DNA from: a virus
Virus record (IMG/VR): IMGVR_UViG_3300042876_000418
Span: 25,962 to 89,961 of that record
Strand: one strand, 5' to 3'
Length of the DNA stretch: 64,000 bases
The notes beneath the pieces are model-generated. The model did not search any database. It saw nothing but the letters and a program-made list of their open reading frames with translations, and was not told the DNA's origin. Made by a program: the position numbers and the translations under genes. Shown one piece after another: positions 28,529 through 37,517 of the stretch; within the stretch, counting starts at the first letter, position 1; every line of letters starts with the position of its first letter.

Positions 28529-29331
28529 TGCTTGACGATAAGATTATCAGCCGTCAAACTGTATCCGGCATGGTGGGCGCGTACAAACAAGCCTGTGACG
28601 AAATAGACCGCGGTTATGCCCTGCTCTGGCAGGCCCAACAGCGCTTGGTAGCGGCATTCTCGGATAAGTACAGCACGTTTACGGTGATCAACGATCATCA
28701 CCACCGTCTGGAAGGCGAGGAAGCGCGAATCGCAAAGTTGCGGATTCGCAAGGCCGCGTGGCGTCAAGTCATATCCCTGCTCGAAATTCACAAAGTCATG
28801 ACTGCGAAGGCATGGGACGATATGATTGAAAAGTTGAATAGCGATAGCGTGCCCGAGCTAACCGAGGAAGAGGTATTCAGCACGTTAGAGACGCTACGCC
28901 AGAATGCCAGGGAATACGCCAAAGCCGCGATCATTGAGACTTACAATTTCCTAATGCGTGGTCAGGATGATTGGAATCGGCACAAAACCAACACAAAAAA
29001 CGCCCGGCGCTCCCTGGGAGAAAAGATAATTATCCCTGGGATATTGGAACACGACTACGGTGAGGGTATGCGCGTCAAGTCTTATTATGATAACGACGTG
29101 GTCGGAATCGACAAGGTGTTTTCGGCCCTTGACGGTTGCGGCATTCCAGACGGCTATAAATCGCCCCTGGTCGATGCAATCAATACCAGCAAGGGCGCGA
29201 TGGGCGGATCGACCACTTATTTTTCGTTTCGTTGCCACCACAACGGGAACCTTCATCTTGTTTTCAAGCGCATGGATCTGGTTGACCTGCTCAATCGCAA
29301 AGCGGGCTATAGCGGGAAATTACCTGATTGA
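28528..29331 (+). CDS. DUF4942-domain protein
   Basis: C-terminal YFSFRCHHNGNLHLVFKRMDLVDLLN. Confidence 0.75.
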   Translation: MLDDKIISRQTVSGMVGAYKQACDEIDRGYALLWQAQQRLVAAFSDKYSTFTVINDHHHRLEGEEARIAKLRIRKAAWRQVISLLEIHKVMTAKAWDDMIEKLNSDSVPELTEEEVFSTLETLRQNAREYAKAAIIETYNFLMRGQDDWNRHKTNTKNARRSLGEKIIIPGILEHDYGEGMRVKSYYDNDVVGIDKVFSALDGCGIPDGYKSPLVDAINTSKGAMGGSTTYFSFRCHHNGNLHLVFKRMDLVDLLNRKAGYSGKLPD

Positions 29332-29355
29332 CAGAACTGTAATACAATGTATAAT
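29328..29355 (+). promoter_or_regulatory. sigma70 promoter
   Basis: TTGACA-N16-TATAAT. Confidence 0.75.
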
Positions 29356-29419
29356 AGAAAGTGTCATACAAAACGCCTGGAGGGAAACCGGGCGTACCTA
29401 TCAAATGAAAGGATGAACG

Positions 29420-30123
29420 ATGGAAGATAAACCTACCTGGGACTACACCCCCGCCCCGGTCCCATACCCCAATCGGGTGATGGAGTTGGCCTGCGAATTG
29501 CGCCGGATGCGCGATGTGTTGGCCGAAACTCGCCTGTTGATTGGCGATTACGACTTGATCATTGAGCATACCGAACTCAGCCTCACGCCCGCCGAAGGCT
29601 GGCCTGGAAAGAACGAAGCCGAGAGCAAAGTCAGTCAGGCCCGCGTGTACGCTGAGTATCCACCCCTGCGCGAATACCGCAATAACCGCTCCGGGCATAT
29701 CTCGATTGCCGAACGGTTGGAAGCGTCAATCCAATCCGCCCGTGATGAACTGCGGGCCTGGGAATTGTCCATTCAGGATAATCTGACTGCGGTCCTGGGC
29801 GGCGTGTTCGCCTTCGCTTACGCCGCGCAATTGGCGGGGAAACAGGCCGCGAAGATCAAGCCGCGGTCAAAGAAGATGAGTTTATCGCGTCTCAACCCGA
29901 ACCGGACTCAGACTGGCCCGGAAGCGGGATTCCGGTATCGGACAACACGATTACGCATTGCAACGGCTGTGATCTTTGCGATCCCGATCTGGACTTCGAT
30001 AATTTGCCCGGTACGGATATCCCGATTGAGGCGGGTGATTGTACGATGATCCACGACCCCGCCGCGGGCAAGTCAACGTCCAACCCGAACACCACCGATC
30101 CATTTGGCGAACTGCCATTCTAA
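29420..30123 (+). CDS. coiled-coil protein with acidic ..ELPF tail, interrupted by a -1 frameshift near 29850
   Basis: -1 frame 29782-30123 ends DPFGELPF*, followed by hairpin ACGCCGG/CCGGCGT. Confidence 0.55.
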
Positions 30124-30167
30124 CAGACGCCGGAAGGGGGCCGGCGTATCATTCAACTGGAGGAAAT

Positions 30168-30344
30168 ATGCTCTGGAAACTTATCCCGCCCGCGGTTATC
30201 GCGGCTATTTGCGCCCTGTTTTGGGCGGGGCTGTTGTCCCTGCTCAAAGCGCCCGCCGCTATCACGTGGGGAGTCGCCGCGCTCACCTTCGTGGTGATGT
30301 TCCCTACCCTAATTGCCATGCAGATTGCAAAGAGGACGCAATGA
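30168..30344 (+). CDS. small two-TM membrane protein
   Basis: GGAGG RBS; MLWKLIPP.. Confidence 0.6.
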   Translation: MLWKLIPPAVIAAICALFWAGLLSLLKAPAAITWGVAALTFVVMFPTLIAMQIAKRTQ

Positions 30345-30910
30345 GTAAAACTCGCACTGAGCAAATCTCAGCCCGCCTGCCTGACTTTATGGCGGAATGG
30401 TTGCGGTTGGGTACCGATGGTTTGACCGGGGAATTGAAAGACTCCGTTCGCCGCGCCATGATCACCCGCGATTTTGACCGCTACCGGGATATCTACGCCG
30501 GGGACCTCGATCTTATCCAGGTGCTCAATATCACCCCGACCATGATCGAGTCGGAGAACCCGGACGAAAGTACCGCGATGGTCGCTTACATCCTGGTGCA
30601 GGGGGCCGCCGCAAAGCTGGCTGAGGCTGTGTCCAGTATGGTCCGCACAGGCGCGGTTGATCCGAAAGTTACCGAGCGGATTCGATTATGGCTGCTGGCA
30701 GATCGCGCTACATTCAACAATCAGGGTGAAGATATTGTCATCTACCTATCACGCCGCTGGCGGAATCACGTTGCGGTAGAAAACGGGGCGGCATCTCTGA
30801 AATCCGCTATCAGCAATTTTATTCACGCGGGGATCAAGATTGACGCAGGAGAATACCCCGGCATTGAATCCGTGGTCACCACCGGAAAGGAAAACGACAA
30901 TGCCGCCTAA
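30341..30910 (+). CDS. hypothetical protein, RHH-like N-terminus
   Basis: EQISARLPDFMAEWL. Confidence 0.65.
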   Translation: MSKTRTEQISARLPDFMAEWLRLGTDGLTGELKDSVRRAMITRDFDRYRDIYAGDLDLIQVLNITPTMIESENPDESTAMVAYILVQGAAAKLAEAVSSMVRTGAVDPKVTERIRLWLLADRATFNNQGEDIVIYLSRRWRNHVAVENGAASLKSAISNFIHAGIKIDAGEYPGIESVVTTGKENDNAA

Positions 30911-31163
30911 ACCGCCAATCCACGTTTTCGATTTACAGCGCTATCAGCGCGGCTGGTCATTCGTGGTGGAATTCCACCGTCACGGGCAGGGGATGAAGGT
31001 CTACTACTGTACCGGACCGGATGGAGTCGGGCTGTGGGCGGGCAAGCGCCCCGGCACCTTACCCGAATCGTGCATCGCGCCCGAGTTGACCGTGCCGTCT
31101 CACCACCAGGGGGCACTGAAAGTTATCCGCGATTACTTTTCAAATAGGAAGGCGGAAGGATGA
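30900..31163 (+). CDS. hypothetical protein
   Basis: AAAGGA RBS; overlaps neighbours. Confidence 0.6.
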   Translation: MPPKPPIHVFDLQRYQRGWSFVVEFHRHGQGMKVYYCTGPDGVGLWAGKRPGTLPESCIAPELTVPSHHQGALKVIRDYFSNRKAEG

Positions 31164-31669
31164 ACCTGGGCGACCTGACGATTGGCGCGATTATCATCTT
31201 CCTGATTCTATTCGGGCTGAGTAAAGCGCGGTACGAAACGATCAAAGAGTCGCGCATTCGTCAGGCCCGCGCCACCTATGCCCGCGAATCCCCGTTCAAC
31301 AAAAGCGCCGCCCTTTACGCCCCCGGCGAATATTGGGAAGAGCAGAGAAAATACGGGTTGACACCAGAGGAATCGGAGAACATCAAATTTCTACTTGAGG
31401 CCGAAGAGCGCGGGCGGCAAGAGATTGAGCAGGTGCGCACGGTGGTCCGAGAGAACAACCGGGCCGAACAGTTAGCGCGACTCGAATCACAAAGCGTATT
31501 CAACCGTATGCGCCAGGACTCGGGTGGCAGTGTTATCTCGAAATACGACCGGGAGCACCTACCGCCAGAGACGATGGAAGAGGTTATGGACGCGAAAGTG
31601 AACGAGGATATGGAGTCCAGGCGGCAAGAAGAGGCCGAAGGACGAAGAAAAGCATATCAAGAATGGTAA
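31160..31669 (+). CDS. membrane-anchored charged protein
   Basis: N-terminal TM; E/R-rich. Confidence 0.7.
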   Translation: MNLGDLTIGAIIIFLILFGLSKARYETIKESRIRQARATYARESPFNKSAALYAPGEYWEEQRKYGLTPEESENIKFLLEAEERGRQEIEQVRTVVRENNRAEQLARLESQSVFNRMRQDSGGSVISKYDREHLPPETMEEVMDAKVNEDMESRRQEEAEGRRKAYQEW

Positions 31670-31733
31670 TGTCCATTTATGACAATGGGAAACAATAAAC
31701 TCGGATTCCGAGTTATTCCGAGATAATTCCGAG
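31670..31733 (+). promoter_or_regulatory. operator copy 3 plus three ATTCCGAG direct repeats
   Basis: TGTCCATTTATGACA 31670-31684; ATTCCGAG at 31705, 31715, 31726. Confidence 0.5.
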
Positions 31734-31746
31734 ATTGGAGGGAACA

Positions 31747-31965
31747 ATGCAAACAGGCATGTTATGGTTCGACAATGACCCCAAGACCGATATCCCCACA
31801 AAAGTGCGCCGGGCGGCGGGGTACTACGAACACAAGTACGGCAAGGCCCCCACGATCTGTTTTGCCGCTCCGAATTTCACCAACCCGCCTGACAACGTAG
31901 ACGGGATCACCGTCAAGACGAACCGGGCGATCATGGCGAGTCACCTTTGGATTGGGGTGGAATAG
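31747..31965 (+). CDS. conserved small protein resembling an Anaerolineae hypothetical family
   Basis: GMLWFDNDPK..RAAxYY..KYG..P..C..HLWIGVE; recognised from memory, not searched. Confidence 0.6.
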   Translation: MQTGMLWFDNDPKTDIPTKVRRAAGYYEHKYGKAPTICFAAPNFTNPPDNVDGITVKTNRAIMASHLWIGVE

Positions 31966-32039
31966 CAAACTCCGCCGAAGGGGCGGCGGAGTCCGATCTA
32001 CTTGTGCGCATGGCACATAGGGCTAAGTAGATTATAGCA
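31963..32039 (-). promoter_or_regulatory. antisense late-type promoter plus short terminated RNA (variant leader, copy E)
   Basis: TGCTATAATCTACTTAGCC-hairpin-GTAGA-TCGGAC-ACTCCGCCG/CGGCGGAGT-TT. Confidence 0.5.
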
Positions 32040-32051
32040 CTTGGAGGATGG

Positions 32052-32261
32052 ATGGGAAAACCAACTTTAGCGCAATATCTAGCGATTCAATCGGCTTATG
32101 ATTATTGCGTTTCGGCTGAAGGCATGGAAGGCGGAAAGCACGCAACGCTAATCACTGTTTTAGGGGACGCCGGAATCAGAACAAATTCAAGGGAGCAGGC
32201 ATTCAAAGCCGCTCGCAAAATTTTGAAGGGAGATTGGCGTGACGAAAAAACAGAACGGTAA
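32052..32261 (+). CDS. hypothetical protein
   Basis: GGAGG RBS. Confidence 0.6.
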   Translation: MGKPTLAQYLAIQSAYDYCVSAEGMEGGKHATLITVLGDAGIRTNSREQAFKAARKILKGDWRDEKTER

Positions 32262-32598
32262 GCCAGTTTATGCCCCTAAACGTGGTGATATTTTCAAGAC
32301 GACCTCCAGCGTGGGCGTGATTGTGGATACCTACATCAGCCCGGACACCGGGGATGTGGTCCTAAAGGTTTATTCCCCCAATCGTGTCCTTCGCCTGCAA
32401 GAGCCTGAGCTTGTCACACTCGAATCGTTGCGAGAGGTTGACCTTCGCCCGGCGGCTCAAGACGATCTCGAAAAGCAACTGCGCTTTATATTCGATTTTC
32501 AGTCCGGGCAGTATCAAACCAGAATCAACGAAGTGCTGAGCGCCGCCGGATTGCCGCCAGTTGAAGTCAAGTCGATTTTGGGAGGGACTCATGGGTAG
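32239..32598 (+). CDS. SH3/KOW-like hypothetical protein (paralog 1)
   Basis: YAPKRGDIFK..VGVIVDTY.S.DTG. Confidence 0.7.
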   Translation: MTKKQNGKPVYAPKRGDIFKTTSSVGVIVDTYISPDTGDVVLKVYSPNRVLRLQEPELVTLESLREVDLRPAAQDDLEKQLRFIFDFQSGQYQTRINEVLSAAGLPPVEVKSILGGTHG

Positions 32599-32950
32599 AA
32601 CCACGACAATGAACGAATGGGATTTATGCTCTGACTACATCCCAAAACGCGGGGATATCGTCAAGAGCCATGTAGGTGTGGGAGTCGTGGTGGATGTGTA
32701 CACCAGCCATGACACCGGGCGGATTCTGTTAGAGATCCACTATGCCAAGAACGCCGCTCAAGGTCAACGCCCTGAATTCTCACCGTTGGGGCTGATGCAA
32801 GGAATTGATCTTGCCCCGGCCACTACCGAGGAATTCCAGGCGGAAATGAAATTGATCTTCAAGCGCCGGACAAAACAGTACCGCGCTAAAGTCAAAGAAC
32901 TGCTGGCCTACGCCGGAATGGAGCCGATCCGTGTTAATTCCTGTCTCTAA
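32591..32950 (+). CDS. SH3/KOW-like hypothetical protein (paralog 2)
   Basis: YIPKRGDIVK..VGVVVDVY.S.DTG. Confidence 0.7.
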   Translation: MGRTTTMNEWDLCSDYIPKRGDIVKSHVGVGVVVDVYTSHDTGRILLEIHYAKNAAQGQRPEFSPLGLMQGIDLAPATTEEFQAEMKLIFKRRTKQYRAKVKELLAYAGMEPIRVNSCL

Positions 32951-33113
32951 AGTCCTCCCCAATCCCGAGCAACCCCGCCGCAAATTCGACAAAACCCAAC
33001 TGCGCGAATTGGCGGATAGTATTCTGATTCATGGTGTGCTTACACCGATATTAGTTTACAAGGTAGGGGATAACTACGTGCTGAAGGACGGCGAACGTAG
33101 ACTCCGGGCGTGA
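32931..33113 (+). pseudogene. parB: truncated ParB/Spo0J N-terminal domain
   Basis: PNPEQPRRKFD..L.ELADSI..HGVL.PILV..DGERRLRA, then a stop contributed by the IS end. Confidence 0.85.
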
Positions 33114-34308
33114 CGCTCCCTACTCTTGCGAGAGGGGTTCTTCGGACAGCCTTATCCCAATGGATGTGCTTTTGTCCGAACGGGCACGTCCTGCCCGGTA
33201 AAGAATGTTTATTGCAGCGTTTATGTCTCTGTCCATAGACAGGCCACAATCGCATTTCACCCAACGAGCAGAAAGATCGAGATGTTCAAAAATCGTGCCA
33301 CACGAACTGCAAGTACGAGACGTATAGGCCGGGTTTACTGCGACGACTACTCTGCCAGCTTCTACCGCTTTGCTGAGTAGTCGTTCTTTGAAGTAACCCC
33401 AACCGGCGTCAAGTATGCTTTTCGCTAGACAATGATTCCGAACCATGTTCACGATCTGTAAATCTTCCAGGGCAATAAGATCGTAACCCTGAATGAACTT
33501 GTACACCAACTTATTGAGATAATCTTCTCTCTGGTTGGTGACGTGCTGATAATGTCTTTGAATCGCTATCACAGCTTTACGGCGGTTGGATCCGCCTTTC
33601 TTTCGCCTTGATAGGGTTCTATTCAATATTCTGAGTTTCTTCTGACTGGCCCGGTAATACTTCGGGTTCTCAATCGTTTCACCTTCACTCGTGGCAATCA
33701 GGTGGTGAATACCAACGTCGATTCCGATTGCTTTACCGGCCTCAGGAAGTGCGGGTTTTTCGGGAATTTCGCAAGTAAAACAAGCGTACCATTCTCCGGC
33801 CTGCTTGCAGATTCGGATGGTTTTTATTTTTCCCTCCATCTGTCTATGCCAACGAACACGGATTCGGCCAATACCTGAAACCTTCAGCCTGCGCCCGTCA
33901 ACACGAAATCCATTCCCGTATTCTTTCAGGCCAAAACTATTGAATCGCCCCTTTCCTTTGAATCGTGGGTATCCGGGAGCGCCCCCAGACTTTACCCGCC
34001 TAAAGAAAGCCTGAAAAGCCTTGTCTAAATCAGCCACCACCACCTGGAGAATGTGGCTATGAACCCGGAAAGCATAAGGATTCTCTTTTCGGTAGTCCTT
34101 GATCTTGGCAGCTTGTTCAAACTTGCTAACGCTTCTTTTTTCTTTCTCCCAGACATTCTTTCGATCTTCAAGACACACGTTATACCAGCGACGGCACGTT
34201 TCAACCGTCTCGTCCATCAGTGACGCTTGTTTCTTGGAAGGGTATAACCTATACTTGAAATCCTTGAATGACATAAATCAATTATAATCCATATCTTGTA
34301 TTTGTCAA
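33110..34308 (-). mobile_element. IS200/IS605-family solo-tnpB element (IS1341-like)
   Basis: tnpB without tnpA; right end ..GGGAGCGTCAC; left boundary uncertain. Confidence 0.65.
33120..34274 (-). CDS. tnpB: RNA-guided endonuclease TnpB
   Basis: FKYRLYP HTH; RuvC IGIDVG, LEDL, DRDINAAINI; CSSC..CDC Zn finger; promoter TTGACA-N16-TATAAT. Confidence 0.95.
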   Translation of the reverse strand: MSFKDFKYRLYPSKKQASLMDETVETCRRWYNVCLEDRKNVWEKEKRSVSKFEQAAKIKDYRKENPYAFRVHSHILQVVVADLDKAFQAFFRRVKSGGAPGYPRFKGKGRFNSFGLKEYGNGFRVDGRRLKVSGIGRIRVRWHRQMEGKIKTIRICKQAGEWYACFTCEIPEKPALPEAGKAIGIDVGIHHLIATSEGETIENPKYYRASQKKLRILNRTLSRRKKGGSNRRKAVIAIQRHYQHVTNQREDYLNKLVYKFIQGYDLIALEDLQIVNMVRNHCLAKSILDAGWGYFKERLLSKAVEAGRVVVAVNPAYTSRTCSSCGTIFEHLDLSARWVKCDCGLSMDRDINAAINILYRAGRARSDKSTSIGIRLSEEPLSQE

Positions 34309-34343
34309 TGATTTATAGTACAATGCAAAAAAGGAGCGAAACG

Positions 34344-34574
34344 ATGTTAGAAGTCATTCAAAAGTACATGAAACTCAAAGGGGTGAGCATGTCTGGCCTA
34401 TCAATGCTACTCGGTATCTCCCCTCCTACGATGTGGCGCTGGTACGCGGGGCAACAGTTCCCCGGCGGTCGCTACATATCGCAATGGTACTGCTCGGACA
34501 CCTGGACTCACCAGTTCGCTATCGACATGATGGAAGCGATAAAAGCGGCGAATGGCACTATTACTGAACGCTAA
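34344..34574 (+). CDS. Cro/XRE-like HTH protein
   Basis: SMSGLSMLLGISPPTMWRWYAG..P; AAGGAG RBS; promoter TTGTAT-N17-TACAAT. Confidence 0.7.
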   Translation: MLEVIQKYMKLKGVSMSGLSMLLGISPPTMWRWYAGQQFPGGRYISQWYCSDTWTHQFAIDMMEAIKAANGTITER

Positions 34575-35802
34575 CGCACTGCATCTCCCAATCGCTGATA
34601 ACTCAGTCCAGATGTGCGTGACTAGCCCGCCGTATTGGGGGTTGCGCGATTACAATGTAGACGGGCAACTTGGGTTAGAGCGCGTCCCTGATTGTCTAGG
34701 ATGGGCTACGGGTGCGCCGTGTGGAAAATGTTATGTCTGTGATATGGTAGCCGCGTTTCGTGAGGTACGCCGGATACTGAGAAACGACGGGGTTCTATTT
34801 CTCAACTTGGGCGATTCTTACGCTGGAAGTTGGGGCAATTATCATCCCAATAGTCCTCCTGGAAAGCACGGTCAACGGGTAGCAATAGAGGCAAGATGGA
34901 ATAGGCCGGCCTATGAAAGCCAGGAATTTTTACCTCCAACCTCTCAAAAAATCGCCGGTCTAAAGCCAAAAGACCTCTGCATGATTCCTGCCCGCGTAGC
35001 CCTGGCGCTTCAGGCTGACGGCTGGTGGTTGCGATCCGGGATAACGTGGGTAAAATTAAACCCGCTACCGGAATCGGTTACAGACCGGCCCACGAAGTCA
35101 ACTGAGATGGTTTACGTTCTCACGAAGTCGGAAAGCTACGTTTGGGACCAACAGGCAGTACGAGAGCCGAATAGCCCCACGTCTGGAAAATGGGGCAAGA
35201 GTGTGATACCGAAAACCGCACAAGCACAAGGTGACGGTAGACATGGTAAATCTGGATTCATGGGCGGCGAAATCAGCCAGGAAGAAATAACAGAAAAGTA
35301 TTACACAAATGGCCGCAACATGCGAGATGTGATCGTCCTGGCGACTCAGCCCACCAAAGAAGCGCACTTTGCCACGATGCCAGAGGCGCTAGTGGATAAG
35401 TGTATACGCGCCGGGACAAGTGAGGGCGGGTGCTGTCCTGCTTGCGGCAAAGCGTGGGAGAGGGTGACTCAGGACGGCGATAAAGTACAACAGCATTGGG
35501 CACCAGAAACGCAAGAGAAAATAGACATTGCGCAGGGTAATCACGGCAAAACAAGTGTCATGAATACCGGATTTACCACCACAAAAGAAACCCTCGGCTT
35601 CCGCCAATCCTGCACCTGCCCGCCTCAGCCGCCGGTCGGTTGCCTAGTTTTTGACCCATTCACAGGATCGGGCACGTCTGGCAGAGTCGCAACGAAGCTG
35701 AATCGGCGCTTTGTTGGGACTGAGTTGAGTCTCAAGTATCTACTCGAAATCGCAAAGAAGCGAACCAGTGAGATACAGCCTAAGATGATAGGGATGGAAT
35801 AA
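34552..35802 (+). CDS. N4/N6 DNA methyltransferase (beta class)
   Basis: CVTSPPYWGLRDY (motif IV) before FDPFTGSGT (motif I); HFATMP; inserted CPAC..CTC region. Confidence 0.92.
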   Translation: MALLLNANALHLPIADNSVQMCVTSPPYWGLRDYNVDGQLGLERVPDCLGWATGAPCGKCYVCDMVAAFREVRRILRNDGVLFLNLGDSYAGSWGNYHPNSPPGKHGQRVAIEARWNRPAYESQEFLPPTSQKIAGLKPKDLCMIPARVALALQADGWWLRSGITWVKLNPLPESVTDRPTKSTEMVYVLTKSESYVWDQQAVREPNSPTSGKWGKSVIPKTAQAQGDGRHGKSGFMGGEISQEEITEKYYTNGRNMRDVIVLATQPTKEAHFATMPEALVDKCIRAGTSEGGCCPACGKAWERVTQDGDKVQQHWAPETQEKIDIAQGNHGKTSVMNTGFTTTKETLGFRQSCTCPPQPPVGCLVFDPFTGSGTSGRVATKLNRRFVGTELSLKYLLEIAKKRTSEIQPKMIGME

Positions 35803-35807
35803 ACCGC

Positions 35808-36014
35808 ATGAATAACACCGAAGAAATTATCCAGACGGTAAAGAAAACAATTCCCGCCGAATCTTGCCCGACCGTATTTTATGGGTACGATCCAAAATCG
35901 AATAAATATGGTTGGCACGTTCGGCTTTCACGCTGGCCTGACGCCCGCTTCATGGGAAACGGCATTGACAAGGCCCTTGAATTCGCCGCCAATCCGGCTA
36001 ACTTTGCTACTTGA
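35808..36014 (+). CDS. hypothetical protein
   Basis: 68 aa, in operon. Confidence 0.55.
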   Translation: MNNTEEIIQTVKKTIPAESCPTVFYGYDPKSNKYGWHVRLSRWPDARFMGNGIDKALEFAANPANFAT

Positions 36015-36135
36015 TCTATAGTGTAATACGTGCTATACTGTATGACAGATTAGTAAATCGGCACCGGATTGCGCCCGGTAAATACCCCGCCCGAAATTGA
36101 TGTGAGATTGCGCAATAGGGCGGGGTGTTTTTTTT
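36011..36135 (+). promoter_or_regulatory. promoter plus leader ending in a terminator
   Basis: TTGATC-N17-TATACT; ACCCCGCCC..GGGCGGGGT-GTTTTTTTT just before the RBS. Confidence 0.6.
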
Positions 36136-36145
36136 GGAGGGAAGT

Positions 36146-36415
36146 ATGAACCGAAAACAAGCCTTTGATTTTCTGGCCGATATCGCCACGGTTTGCGGGT
36201 GCGAGATCGAGAATCGCATTCGGACCAACGGGGATTGGTTTGTTACCTCGCTATCCTGTTTCCGGGCTGTACACGGTGACGCCGGCGAAACGTTGATCTT
36301 CCTGGGACCCCACCGGGTAGCCGCCGTAATTTCACAAGAACGGGATCACGTCAAATTAGCCGAGATGATTGTATCCAAAGCCAACCAGCACAAAATGCAG
36401 GCCGACCATGTCTGA
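36146..36415 (+). CDS. hypothetical protein
   Basis: GGAGGG RBS. Confidence 0.7.
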   Translation: MNRKQAFDFLADIATVCGCEIENRIRTNGDWFVTSLSCFRAVHGDAGETLIFLGPHRVAAVISQERDHVKLAEMIVSKANQHKMQADHV

Positions 36416-36842
36416 CTTCGATAAAATGACCCTGGCTGAGCTGAGAATGGCAATCGCAGAGGTGCAAGGCTGGCAGAATATCCGCACGGTTGATGGCCCG
36501 ACTCCCGAAGGATTGATCATCGCTGAAACGCCTGATTTTGAGGGTTGTGATATCCAGCAATTCGACACGGTGACTCTGCCCGATTGGCCGAATAGCGATT
36601 CAGACTGCGCGGCGCTGGTCAATGACATCGTTGGAACCGATAGAAATTCAATTCAAACTGGGCTGAAATGGGTGGGAGAAAAATATCGTCCGGGTTACTA
36701 TGAAGCATGGGCATTGATCTCATGGAAAAATGCACCTATTCTGTCTAGTTGCTCAACTGAGCAGGGCGCAACCGCAAACCTGCGCGTGGCAATCTGCAAG
36801 GCTTATCTGCAATGGAGGAAAGCGAACGATGGACAAAGATAG
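36408..36842 (+). CDS. phage ABA-sandwich-like protein
   Basis: ELRMAIAEVQGW..LPDWP..AICKAYL. Confidence 0.6.
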   Translation: MSDFDKMTLAELRMAIAEVQGWQNIRTVDGPTPEGLIIAETPDFEGCDIQQFDTVTLPDWPNSDSDCAALVNDIVGTDRNSIQTGLKWVGEKYRPGYYEAWALISWKNAPILSSCSTEQGATANLRVAICKAYLQWRKANDGQR

Positions 36843-37242
36843 ACGCGCCGAACTACTGAAGTTTATTGCCGAACAGGTTGATACCCACGGCCAATCGCAA
36901 GAGCGGTTTGATACCGAATTGGATATCAAAGTCGATAAATTTTACGTTGACGAAATTGTGATTATGCACAGCCCCTACACCGGCGAAGATGTACCCATGA
37001 GTTACCGGGGCAGCCCCGAGTACGGCAAAGCCGTCGTATTCAATATCGAGAATGGCTACCAAATGACCGTGCCTGTGGAATGGCTACGGAAACGGTTCAT
37101 TCCAGGAGAGAACGTGATCATCGACAATGACGCTATTGCTATATACGTAAGTTGCGACGGCGGCTCCTGTACGGTTTATACCCCTGAAAAAGGTGAATTT
37201 AAAGTATCCGCGAATCGTATCCGCAAAGTTGAGGCGAAATGA
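36829..37242 (+). CDS. hypothetical protein (tandem SH3-like)
   Basis: GGAGG RBS; FYVDEIV../FIPGENV.. repeats. Confidence 0.65.
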   Translation: MDKDRRAELLKFIAEQVDTHGQSQERFDTELDIKVDKFYVDEIVIMHSPYTGEDVPMSYRGSPEYGKAVVFNIENGYQMTVPVEWLRKRFIPGENVIIDNDAIAIYVSCDGGSCTVYTPEKGEFKVSANRIRKVEAK

Positions 37243-37517
37243 CCATCACGCTTGACGACAAAAACAAAGTTCGCAAAATAGCCCGCGACTCCTTCGGGGA
37301 ATTGCTTGACCTGTCTGAAAACGACAAGGCACGGCTGAAAGAGGCGCTAAAGGATAACAAGACCCTGCGTCTGGTTGAAATGGTGATCGTGGCGCACGAA
37401 CTTGAGATTGACGACAACGCGCGCGGCCTGCTGAAATTGCGGGCCGAAATCCTCCAGGAACGCATGGGTGAAATGATGAAATCAGCAAGAGAGGTGAAGT
37501 ATGCCAACCAGCAATAA
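37239..37517 (+). CDS. hypothetical protein
   Basis: 92 aa, helical. Confidence 0.65.
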   Translation: MTITLDDKNKVRKIARDSFGELLDLSENDKARLKEALKDNKTLRLVEMVIVAHELEIDDNARGLLKLRAEILQERMGEMMKSAREVKYANQQ

